Source of the DNA: an uncultured Candidatus Saccharibacteria bacterium
GTDB lineage: Bacteria; Patescibacteriota; Minisyncoccia; Phycocordibacterales; CSBR16-119
Reading direction: 5' to 3'
Assembly (NCBI GenBank): GCA_964589975.1
Contig: CAZPVH010000002.1
Location: 68,217 to 132,216, forward strand
Length of the DNA: 64,000 bases
Shown here: one piece after another, positions 36,651-44,655 of the stretch
Position numbering within the stretch: the stretch's first letter is position 1
How the letters are laid out: each line of letters opens with the position of its first letter
Notes under the pieces: generated by a model
Database searches by the model: none
What the model saw: the letters and a program-made list of their open reading frames with translations, nothing else
What the model was told of the DNA's origin: nothing
Position numbers and translations under genes: made by a program

Positions 36651-37406
36651 TCAGTCTTCTCCTGGTACCTCGTCTTTGACGGTTATCCGCCACAGCATCG
36701 CCTGATCTTTTTCAACAGCCTGAAAGGCATTGAAACGGCTGAACATGTAAGGATACTTTTCCGAACCCTCATCGGTCCGAATAGCGAAAGCCCAACTACC
36801 GTGTTCGACCTTGATGGGCGTCATGGCAGCCAAGAGCGAGTCTGGGTCTTTCAGTACCATCGTACTCAGGGCAACAACAAGCCCTTGCGGAGCATAGGAA
36901 GCCGAGATTTCCTCGAGTCCGCACTCCATCCCCCGCTGCAATACACGCTCAAATGGAATCTTCCGTTCTTGGAATCCCATCTCTCCCGGAGTTACAACGA
37001 TACAATCGAAATCAATCTTCTCGGACAGCTTCTGCTTCACACGAGTGGAAACCCCGAGAAGATCTATTGATGCCATGCCAACGCCGGCAAAAACTCCACC
37101 GACTTCTTGACCTCTTTCGTACAGGATATCCCTATGACGATATGGGCCATCAAACGGCAGGATGCTGGCTCGGAAGACTTCTCTTTGCCAGCCCTGGAAG
37201 CGGGCACCGACTTCTGCCAATTCCTGCAATCCTCTTACCACTCGATCATAGTCGAGTTTTCCCGCCTTCCCGTAAGGAAGATTCACCTTTGTAACAAGGT
37301 GATGCAACATGTTGGCAAGCCTTCCGCTTTCTTCCAACGTCATCTTACCGTCTAAGACTTTTGCGAGTCCCATGTTCGACAGTGTTTTTGAATTGACCGA
37401 AATCAA
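36651..37406 (-). CDS. Hypothetical protein (paralog of 35721-36524)
   Basis: 251 aa. See the previous entry. Own terminator at 36617-36645. Confidence 0.45.
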   Translation of the reverse strand: MISVNSKTLSNMGLAKVLDGKMTLEESGRLANMLHHLVTKVNLPYGKAGKLDYDRVVRGLQELAEVGARFQGWQREVFRASILPFDGPYRHRDILYERGQEVGGVFAGVGMASIDLLGVSTRVKQKLSEKIDFDCIVVTPGEMGFQERKIPFERVLQRGMECGLEEISASYAPQGLVVALSTMVLKDPDSLLAAMTPIKVEHGSWAFAIRTDEGSEKYPYMFSRFNAFQAVEKDQAMLWRITVKDEVPGED

Positions 37407-37497
37407 AGGCTCTCGGTCTACGCCTATTTGTCATGACTATACTGAAACTTCCAGAAAAAGCAAGAACGCCGCCCCGAAGAGGCGGCGTTCAAAAAGT

Positions 37498-37932
37498 TCA
37501 GCGATACCTTCCCCCGAATCTGCCCAAGAGCTCTGCGGAAGTTGGGACATGCCAAGGCGCTTTCAGAAGCCGAATGACCTTGATTTGATCAGGCGGAATT
37601 TCCGCTCTGTGAAATGCCAGGTAGTGCAAACAGAGCGAGTTCACATAGTAGCCACCGACCAATTCGTAGTCTTGGCCATGCGAATTCACATGAAGCCCGC
37701 CATCATGACATGGGCCACATGATACACAACCGAAGGTCTGTCCTCCTTCGAACCATTGCACCACTCCAGGGCGCTCTTCTGAAACCAAACCAAAGCGATT
37801 TTCCGCACTCATCGCTTGGCGTAAAGCTCCTGTCAACTTGAACAGTGCTTTATCGATAACAGGGTAATAGGACGGAGGGAGTTTTGGCTCAATGAAGAGC
37901 AGGGCTTTCGTACCTTCGTGGAGGATTACCAT
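37498..37932 (-). CDS. Hypothetical protein with a Cys cluster (CVSCGPCHDGG)
   Basis: The ORF track starts at a TTG at 37977. The first ATG, at 37932, gives a 144-aa product. Own terminator at 37465-37492. Confidence 0.4.
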   Translation of the reverse strand: MVILHEGTKALLFIEPKLPPSYYPVIDKALFKLTGALRQAMSAENRFGLVSEERPGVVQWFEGGQTFGCVSCGPCHDGGLHVNSHGQDYELVGGYYVNSLCLHYLAFHRAEIPPDQIKVIRLLKAPWHVPTSAELLGRFGGRYR

Positions 37933-38013
37933 TTTCTTGTTTTTTATTGAGATTACCCAGGAATGAATAATTTGCAAGAGAAAGGCCCCGCGTGTCTTGC
38001 GGGGCCTCTTAGG

Positions 38014-38370
38014 CTAAAGCCTTTCCAAAGTGACCGTCTTGCCGATCTTTGGAACCATCAGTACTTTTCCCCCTTTACTTTTGCGCTGCTGCTCGGGAAC
38101 TTTTTTGATGAGTCCGATCGTGATCACCCTGCTCGAGGGTTGATCGATCTTGGTCTCCTCTATTGGAAACACGAAGGTGTAATCATCGGCGCGAAGGATC
38201 AGCTGCTTATTTTCGACTACGGCATTCTTGATTCGAACATGATCGACCGGAACGCCTTTATCGAGACCACACGCCTCTCGGATAAACATGTTAGAGCCAG
38301 TGATGCTCCAGTGCCCGGATGTGAGGAGACGCGCCACATCCTCGGGCAGGAAGGTGGAGGTTAAATCCAT
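38014..38370 (-). CDS. Hypothetical protein
   Basis: The ORF track starts at a GTG at 38445. The first ATG, at 38370 (MDLTSTFLPEDV...), gives a 118-aa product. A terminator lies at 37981-38010, only 4 nt after the stop. Confidence 0.4.
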   Translation of the reverse strand: MDLTSTFLPEDVARLLTSGHWSITGSNMFIREACGLDKGVPVDHVRIKNAVVENKQLILRADDYTFVFPIEETKIDQPSSRVITIGLIKKVPEQQRKSKGGKVLMVPKIGKTVTLERL

Positions 38371-38470
38371 GGATTTTCGTTTTTCTACACAATACTGAAA
38401 AAAATAAATAACGCAAGGGGTTAAGCTTTTACACAACTGCCCCACCCTGCCGGCATGCTATCCTTTTATC

Positions 38471-38659
38471 ATGACCCCAAACAATATTCATAATCTCATG
38501 ACGCAAATGATCCAGGAGCAGAAGTCGCTGTGGAGGATCGAACACAACTACACAAAAGAAGCGACCACAGACGTCGAACGAGAATTCTGGGACAGGCTCC
38601 ACAATGAGAAGAAAGTCCACATTGAAGAGCTAAAGAAACTAATCAAAGAAAATCTATAA
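38471..38659 (+). CDS. Hypothetical small protein
   Basis: 62-aa charged, helical ORF (MTPNNIHNLMTQMIQEQKSLWRIEHN...). Followed by the terminator AAAAAATCCCCTTACAGGGATTTTTTG. Divergent from 38014-38370. Confidence 0.3.
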   Translation: MTPNNIHNLMTQMIQEQKSLWRIEHNYTKEATTDVEREFWDRLHNEKKVHIEELKKLIKENL

Positions 38660-38761
38660 AACAAAAAATCCCCTTACAGGGATTTTTTGTAATTCACTAT
38701 TCCCTACAGCGTCTTAAGAGATGTAGTACAATTATTGCATTACCAACATTAGTAAAACTAT

Positions 38762-39517
38762 ATGAAGAAACTTTTATTTATTTTGACGCTTTTGCTTGCT
38801 TCGGGCGGGGTTGCACTGGCAGAAAATCCAAGCTTTACTCTCAGCGCTTCCAGTATTTCAGATACAAAAGCAACCTTAAATGTTGAGATGGGAGACTGTT
38901 GCAACGAAAACGCCGACAATACCCATACGTATTATTTTGAATACGGCACAACAACGTCTGTATCAAAGAAGACAGAGCGGGTAACGCTCAATTGGGCCGA
39001 TGATGTCGTCAATCCGTATGCCGTAGTAGTCATAAGGGATCTACACCCTAACACAAAATATTACTATCGCTTTGTTCGAAAAACTGTTAACTTGAACAGC
39101 AATGAGGTTTCATACATGAAAAGCGACCTCAACAACTTCACTACGCTTGATCACGATGAAGAGCCTGACGAAGAAAACGACAACGAACTGACCGACGCTC
39201 AGATCGACGGTCTCGAGAACCTCGGGTTCACTGATCGTCAGATCAAAATGATTGTCGCCCTCTTTGCAAAAAAAGATCACGATGGACCAAATGGCCTCGC
39301 CTGCGGTTACCGACATAAAATGATCCTAAGACACGGTATGTTTGGAGAAGATGTCAAAGAAATGCAGAAGGCGCTGAAACTGAACGCCGACGGTAAATTC
39401 GGACGAATGACCCTAGAGGCGGTAAAACGTTTCCAATCTGAACACGGACTTCATGCGGACGGAGTTGTTGGCCAGATGACAGGTCTCAAACTCGGACTTC
39501 TCTGCCATATGGAATAA
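38762..39517 (+). CDS. Secreted protein with an FN3-like module and a C-terminal peptidoglycan-binding (PG_binding_1) domain
   Basis: Signal peptide MKKLLFILTLLLASGGVALA. The HPNTKYYYRF motif is FN3-like. The C-terminus MQKALKLNADGKFGRMTLEAVKRFQSEHGLHADGVVGQMT matches the PGBD consensus. Confidence 0.6.
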   Translation: MKKLLFILTLLLASGGVALAENPSFTLSASSISDTKATLNVEMGDCCNENADNTHTYYFEYGTTTSVSKKTERVTLNWADDVVNPYAVVVIRDLHPNTKYYYRFVRKTVNLNSNEVSYMKSDLNNFTTLDHDEEPDEENDNELTDAQIDGLENLGFTDRQIKMIVALFAKKDHDGPNGLACGYRHKMILRHGMFGEDVKEMQKALKLNADGKFGRMTLEAVKRFQSEHGLHADGVVGQMTGLKLGLLCHME

Positions 39518-39529
39518 TCAAAAATTAAT

Positions 39530-39560
39530 CTGAAAACAAAAATCCCCTCTCGGGGATTTT
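39530..39560 (+). terminator. Bidirectional rho-independent terminator
   Basis: AAAAATCCCCTCTCGGGGATTTTTGTTTT lies between the convergent 38762-39517 gene and gyrB. Confidence 0.55.
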
Positions 39561-39566
39561 TGTTTT

Positions 39567-39601
39567 CTAGAAGCTGGTCACTAACCACTAGACACTCATT
39601 A
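39567..39601 (-). repeat. Conserved stop-codon-rich 3' motif, copy 2 (overlaps the gyrB stop)
   Basis: Minus strand reads TAATGAGTGTCTAGTGGTTAGTGACCAGCTTCTAGAAAACAAAAA followed by the hairpin. See copy 1 at 20471-20505. Confidence 0.5.
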
Positions 39602-41638
39602 GATATCAATCTCCGCCATCTTCGCATTCGACTGGATGAAGCTCTTTCGTGGAGGGACTTCTGATCCCATGAGAATGTCGAAGGTTTTGTCGGCCTCTAT
39701 GGCGTCATCAATCTTTACCTGGAGAAGAATTCGATTATTCACGTCCATGGTTGTCTCCTTTAGCTCTTCCGGATTCATTTCACCGAGACCCTTATAACGC
39801 TGAACGGAGAATTTCGGCTTAGCAACTTTCTCTTCGCCTTCTTCTGGCGCGAGCTCTCCTTCTTCGAGCACTTTCATATCTTCTTCTTTCATTCCTTCCT
39901 GCTTCAAGAATTTATTCTTGTCGTCATCAGAATAAAGATATGTGATAGTTTTTCCTTTCGTCACTTTATAAAGCGGCGGCTGAGCAATGTAAATATATCC
40001 GGCTTCAATAACTGGCTTGAAGTATCTGTAGAAAAGCGTGAGGAGAAGCGTTCGGATGTGCGCACCGTCAACGTCGGCATCGGTTGCGATGATGATCTTG
40101 TGATAGCGGATATCTTCTAGGTTAAATGTGTCACCGATAGATGTGCCAAGAGCGATAACGAGAGACTTCACTTCTTTTGAAGCGAGCATTTTATCAAGGC
40201 GAGCACGCTCAACGTTTAGGATTTTACCTTTGAGTGGAAGCACGGCCTGGGTTCGTCTATCGCGGCCCATTTTAGTCGAGCCTCCAGCGGAGTCTCCCTC
40301 GACAATAAACAGCTCTGATTCGGCTGGGTCTTTGGACTGACAGTCGGCAAGCTTGCCTGGGAGCGTGAGACCTTCGAGCGCGCCTTTTCGGAGGACGGAA
40401 TCCTTGGCGGCTTTGGCCGCCTTTCTGGCCTTCAAAGCAAGTACGGCTTTGGACAGAATTGATTTAGCTTCATCGGGATTCTCTTCGAGGAAGTTTGAAA
40501 ATGCCGCCGAGAAAACAGATTCGACGGCGCCGCGGGCCTCCGGAGAACCGAGCTTATCTTTCGTCTGACCTTCGAACTGAATCTCAGGCATTTTGACCGA
40601 GATGACAGCAGTAAGACCCTCCAAGACGTCCTCGCCGGTAAAGCCGCCCTCCTTTTCGTTCAGGATATTATTTTTCTTTGAATAATTATTTATAAGACGC
40701 GTGAGAGCGGTCTTGAATCCAGTAACGTGCATGCCACCGCCAGGTGTCGAAATGTTGTTCGCAAACGGAACGATTCGATCAACTATGTCATCAACATACT
40801 GAAGCGCAATCTCGACAGTGATATCTCCTTCTTCTTTTTCGACAGAGAAAATCTTTTCCTGAACTTTTTTCTGGTCTTTGTTGTAGTGCGCAACCATAGA
40901 GACAATTCCGCCCTCAAAGTAGAAAGTCGTTGACGATACTGGAAGCCCGAGCTCCTTTATATAATACGCTTTGTCAGTGTCGATTTTTCCCTCATATGCG
41001 CGAGCGTCGATAAGTTCGATGCGAAGCTTTTTAACAAGGTAAGCCTGCTCGCGGTAATGATGAACGATCCGATTCCAATCAAATTTCACTTCTTTAAAAA
41101 TCTCAATATCCGGCTCGAATGAGATGATAGTACCGTGAAGTTTAGATTTACCAACTTCTTTTACTTTTGCTTTCGGTTTTCCTTTGGAATATTCCTGTAC
41201 AAATTTACCACCATCTCTGTGTACTTCGGCTTTTAGATTTATTGAAAGAGCGTTAACGACAGATGCACCGACGCCGTGAAGTCCTCCGGAAACTTTATAA
41301 CCCTTGTCCTTGCCTCCGAATTTTCCTCCGGCATGGAGAACAGTAAGAATTGTTTCGAGTGCAGAAACTTTAGTTTGCTTGTGTATGTCAGTTGGGATTC
41401 CTCGGCCGTTGTCAGCCACACGTACGACATTACCCGGAAGAAGGGCTACTTCGATATGATCACAGTGTCCCGCCATGGCTTCATCGCGAGAGTTGTCGAA
41501 AATTTCTTTGATTAGGTGATGAAGACCATCGGGACCAGTAGATCCAATGTACATACCCGGCCTTTTTCGGACCGGCTCGAGACCTTCGAGAACGGAAATA
41601 TCGTCAGCGCCGTAACTTGATTTTACCTTTTCAGCCAT
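39599..41638 (-). CDS. gyrB: DNA gyrase subunit B
   Basis: 679 aa. GHKL ATPase N-terminus (LEGLEPVRKRPGMYIGS, HHLIKEIFDNSRDEA), TOPRIM (EGDSAGGS) and a gyrase B C-terminal tail. Compact, without a large insertion. Confidence 0.95.
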   Translation of the reverse strand: MAEKVKSSYGADDISVLEGLEPVRKRPGMYIGSTGPDGLHHLIKEIFDNSRDEAMAGHCDHIEVALLPGNVVRVADNGRGIPTDIHKQTKVSALETILTVLHAGGKFGGKDKGYKVSGGLHGVGASVVNALSINLKAEVHRDGGKFVQEYSKGKPKAKVKEVGKSKLHGTIISFEPDIEIFKEVKFDWNRIVHHYREQAYLVKKLRIELIDARAYEGKIDTDKAYYIKELGLPVSSTTFYFEGGIVSMVAHYNKDQKKVQEKIFSVEKEEGDITVEIALQYVDDIVDRIVPFANNISTPGGGMHVTGFKTALTRLINNYSKKNNILNEKEGGFTGEDVLEGLTAVISVKMPEIQFEGQTKDKLGSPEARGAVESVFSAAFSNFLEENPDEAKSILSKAVLALKARKAAKAAKDSVLRKGALEGLTLPGKLADCQSKDPAESELFIVEGDSAGGSTKMGRDRRTQAVLPLKGKILNVERARLDKMLASKEVKSLVIALGTSIGDTFNLEDIRYHKIIIATDADVDGAHIRTLLLTLFYRYFKPVIEAGYIYIAQPPLYKVTKGKTITYLYSDDDKNKFLKQEGMKEEDMKVLEEGELAPEEGEEKVAKPKFSVQRYKGLGEMNPEELKETTMDVNNRILLQVKIDDAIEADKTFDILMGSEVPPRKSFIQSNAKMAEIDI

Positions 41639-41661
41639 AGGATATTGTTGAGTGATTAAAT

Positions 41662-41779
41662 CCCGTTAGAGATAGCAAAATCTTATTTTGCGTAACTTTA
41701 TTCGAGATTTGTAAGTAATAACGATCCTCTTTATTCAAATATTATTTCAATTTTTTAACCAGGATATCTCTAACGGGAT
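41662..41779 (-). repeat. Inverted-repeat leader/promoter module E3 (TCCCGTTAGAGATAGC ... ATCTCTAACGGGAT, arms 105 bp apart)
   Basis: Arms at 41662-41676 and 41767-41779. The gene-proximal arm lies 23 nt upstream of the gyrB ATG. The AT-rich interior is weakly similar to those of E1 and E2. Confidence 0.5.
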
Positions 41780-41938
41780 AAAACGAAAAAGCTCTTTAGA
41801 AGCTTGTGAATTATAGCAAATTTGAGAGTAAAAAGGAAGCTGTTTTGGGGACAAAAATGAGACTAAAATAAACTTAAAATTATTGACAAATATGGTTAAT
41901 CATGCTAATATGATAAAAACAAAAAATCCAACCGCTCC

Positions 41939-42679
41939 ATGAAAATCGACAAACTTCTCCTGTCTTTCTTGGCCGCCTGCCTGTTCCTCTGTGGACTCGT
42001 TGCGACAGCCCAGAAGACCACCATCGAGTTCAGCGATCCCGAGATGGCCAAGCACTATGAAGAGTTGCTCAAAAAGCGCAACGACACTTCGACAACGAAG
42101 CTCGATGTGCTAATAACTAGCCGAAGCTCTGACGGAGCCATGCGCTCGACGGAAACTCGGGACGAACGTCGTCTGGTCCAAGTCGGTCAGAAGTTCGGCT
42201 TCGAAAATGCCTCTGGCCAACTCGTCATCCCCTGCACTTATGATTTCGGTGAGAACTTCCACGACGGCCTGGCTGTCGTCGGAAAGCGAAACCCGAAGGG
42301 CTCGGCCGTGAGCTACTACAAGTGGCACATCAACAAGGATGGCAAGCGTATCTATCGTCAGAACTACTGCGACGTCAGCAACTTCGTGAACGGCTACGCC
42401 GTCGTCGATGTGACCGGTGGGTACAAGATCTGCCACATCAAGAAAGACGGCACACCTTTGTATCCTGAGCGCTACACTCGATGCTGGGATTTCAATCAAT
42501 ACGGTCGTGCAATGGTCGAGAAAGCGGTACCGGAAAAAGATCTGGTAACCTTTCTGGTCATCGACACGACGGGCACGGTCATCGGGTCAAAGCGGTACTC
42601 GTTCAGAGAGAACCGCATGGACGAAGTGAAGTCGGGAAAGCAGGTCAAAGCTGATCTGGCGCAGTGGATGAAGCCATAG
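41939..42679 (+). CDS. Secreted protein with WG/KWG-like repeats
   Basis: Signal peptide LLSFLAACLFLCGLVATAQ. Repeated blocks such as KFGFENASGQLVIPCTYDFGENFHDGLAVV and VNGYAVVDVTGGYKICHIKKDG. Terminator at 42688-42715. Confidence 0.5.
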   Translation: MKIDKLLLSFLAACLFLCGLVATAQKTTIEFSDPEMAKHYEELLKKRNDTSTTKLDVLITSRSSDGAMRSTETRDERRLVQVGQKFGFENASGQLVIPCTYDFGENFHDGLAVVGKRNPKGSAVSYYKWHINKDGKRIYRQNYCDVSNFVNGYAVVDVTGGYKICHIKKDGTPLYPERYTRCWDFNQYGRAMVEKAVPEKDLVTFLVIDTTGTVIGSKRYSFRENRMDEVKSGKQVKADLAQWMKP

Positions 42680-42777
42680 AACATTATGCGGGGCCCCGGA
42701 GGCAAGTCCGGGGCCTTTCCATTTGTATTGACAAATGGTCCATATCATGCTATTGTCTTATAAAAGCCAACGCACAC

Positions 42778-43401
42778 ATGAAAATCTATCGAGCCTGCAA
42801 GGAACGAGCAATCATTTTCGCGCTGAACATCCTCATGATGTTCTCGAACACATACGGCCAAGGACCGGACTCCCCTGTCGTCAGCATCGACGCGTCGAAG
42901 ATGGTCTACGCAACGTCCAATGGATACTGCCAATGCCTGGACACACTCTTCAATCGCGGCGAAGCCTACAACTCTCGCTGGGGCCAAAAGGGCTCAGTCT
43001 GTAAGTGGAATTTCTATGACAAGGAGCGTGTTGGTCCCGTTGTCGGACCGACGTCCGGCGTGTACGATATCTACATCGTATCCGCAAAAGACGTCGGCGC
43101 GATCGTCGCCGATATCCCACAGGTGGAGAAGGCCGCGCTCGCAAGAGGCTACGTCAACTGCCCTCCCGGGGTCGTTTACCAGCTTCTCGCGAAGCACTGG
43201 AAGAACAAGAAGTTCTTCGGACCGAACAGGCCAAGCTACATCGTGACCCTGGATAACTCCAGTGAAGTGATGGAGATCACCGATGAATACATCGGTACAG
43301 AAGGCGGGATGTTCGCGGCCGGGGTTGCCCCACAAGCATTCTGGCTCGGCCAGGCCGACATGGGCGCGCAGCGCTTCATATTCGCAAAGAAGAAACAGTA
43401 A
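42778..43401 (+). CDS. Hypothetical secreted protein
   Basis: The Met at 42778 gives a signal peptide MKIYRACKERAIIFALNILMMFSNTYGQG. The ORF-track start at 42664 overlaps the preceding gene and its terminator. Terminator at 43415-43440. Confidence 0.5.
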   Translation: MKIYRACKERAIIFALNILMMFSNTYGQGPDSPVVSIDASKMVYATSNGYCQCLDTLFNRGEAYNSRWGQKGSVCKWNFYDKERVGPVVGPTSGVYDIYIVSAKDVGAIVADIPQVEKAALARGYVNCPPGVVYQLLAKHWKNKKFFGPNRPSYIVTLDNSSEVMEITDEYIGTEGGMFAAGVAPQAFWLGQADMGAQRFIFAKKKQ

Positions 43402-43523
43402 GATCATTCGAAATGGGGCCCCGGACATCTGTCCGGGGCCTTTCATTTGCACAAAACTTGATTTTTAACGCTTTTCGTGTTATATACAGATCAGACACAG
43501 AAACCCTAAAACCCCTAAACACG

Positions 43524-44609
43524 ATGAAGCAGTACATTGTCATCGCTCTGGGGTTCCTATTGGGCCCCCTAGCAAACGCTCAGCCACCTGTGCTGATCGC
43601 GGAATATCGTTTCGAGGTTATGCCAGGAGGCATAAACACAACGATTCCATACTACGTAAACAATCTTCTCCTTAGTGCCGCAAGTAACTTTACCCCTGGA
43701 ACAGGCTTGGCAGGACCTGTTGGCCACACCCAAGGTGCCAGCCTTACAAATTCAAACGACCGAGCATACTGGGGTAGTAGTTGGAACACCGTATTCGATG
43801 CGAACGACTATTTTGGTTTTACGCTTACTCCAGTAGTCGGGTACACTCTAGTAGTAGACCGACTTACATTCTACGAACGCCGAAGTGGGACCGGTCCCCA
43901 GAATTGGCAGCTTCGCCGCAACCCCTACAGCAGCACAATAACAGCAGGAGTTACAACTGCTGGATCTGCTTCGCCAGTTCAAACCCCATTTGGCTTCAAG
44001 AACGTACCGCTCGCACTAAATTCAGCTGCGACAATAGGATTACGTATGTACGGTTATGGGTCTACTGATCCGGCTGGTACATGGCGTATCGACACAGTGA
44101 GAGTTTACGGTCACCTTCAAGGTGTCTTCAACCTCCCCATCGAACTGACGTCCTTCACCGGACACAAGACTCTCGATGGCGTTGAGTTGAACTGGACCAC
44201 AGCAAGCGAACGTGACAACGACTATTTCACGCTCCTTCGCTGCCCTGACACAGAGAGTTGGGAAGCTATCGGTAATGTCGACGGCGCTGGCAACAGTACC
44301 TCACCGATCAACTACAGCTTCGTAGATGAAGACCCTCTATCGGGAATCAACTACTACCAGCTGGAGCAAACCGATACAAACGGCGACCACTCTTTGTCAC
44401 ACGTAGTGGCAATAGATTTCCAGAACGTGTTCACCCTGACCCACCAGGTCGGCTCGAACATTTCTTGGGATGACAAGTACACCATGGTGCTCGATGTGAG
44501 CGGCCGAAGCGTGAGCGACTGGCAACAATCGCACACTCTGAGTACGCCAGGCATTTACTTCCTAACCGACAAACAAGGAAGTGTCGTGCGACTCAACGTA
44601 ACCCCTTGA
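43524..44609 (+). CDS. Secreted protein with a T9SS-type (Por_Secre_tail-like) C-terminal sorting domain
   Basis: The Met at 43524 gives signal peptide MKQYIVIALGFLLGPLANA. The C-terminal ~90 aa (NYYQLEQTDTNGDHSLSHVVAIDF...LDVSGRSVSD...TPGIYFLTDKQGSVVRLNV) resemble the type-IX secretion CTD consensus. Terminator at 44625-44650. Confidence 0.5.
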   Translation: MKQYIVIALGFLLGPLANAQPPVLIAEYRFEVMPGGINTTIPYYVNNLLLSAASNFTPGTGLAGPVGHTQGASLTNSNDRAYWGSSWNTVFDANDYFGFTLTPVVGYTLVVDRLTFYERRSGTGPQNWQLRRNPYSSTITAGVTTAGSASPVQTPFGFKNVPLALNSAATIGLRMYGYGSTDPAGTWRIDTVRVYGHLQGVFNLPIELTSFTGHKTLDGVELNWTTASERDNDYFTLLRCPDTESWEAIGNVDGAGNSTSPINYSFVDEDPLSGINYYQLEQTDTNGDHSLSHVVAIDFQNVFTLTHQVGSNISWDDKYTMVLDVSGRSVSDWQQSHTLSTPGIYFLTDKQGSVVRLNVTP

Positions 44610-44655
44610 TACTCGTGATCAAGAAAGGCCCCGCGCAATGCGGGGCCTTTTTCTT

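Noticed and set aside
42664-44609. The long ORF-track starts at 42664 and 43413 for the two secreted proteins.
   Set aside because: The upstream extensions run through the preceding gene's terminator hairpin and lack signal peptides. The internal Mets at 42778 and 43524 are each followed immediately by a canonical signal peptide.
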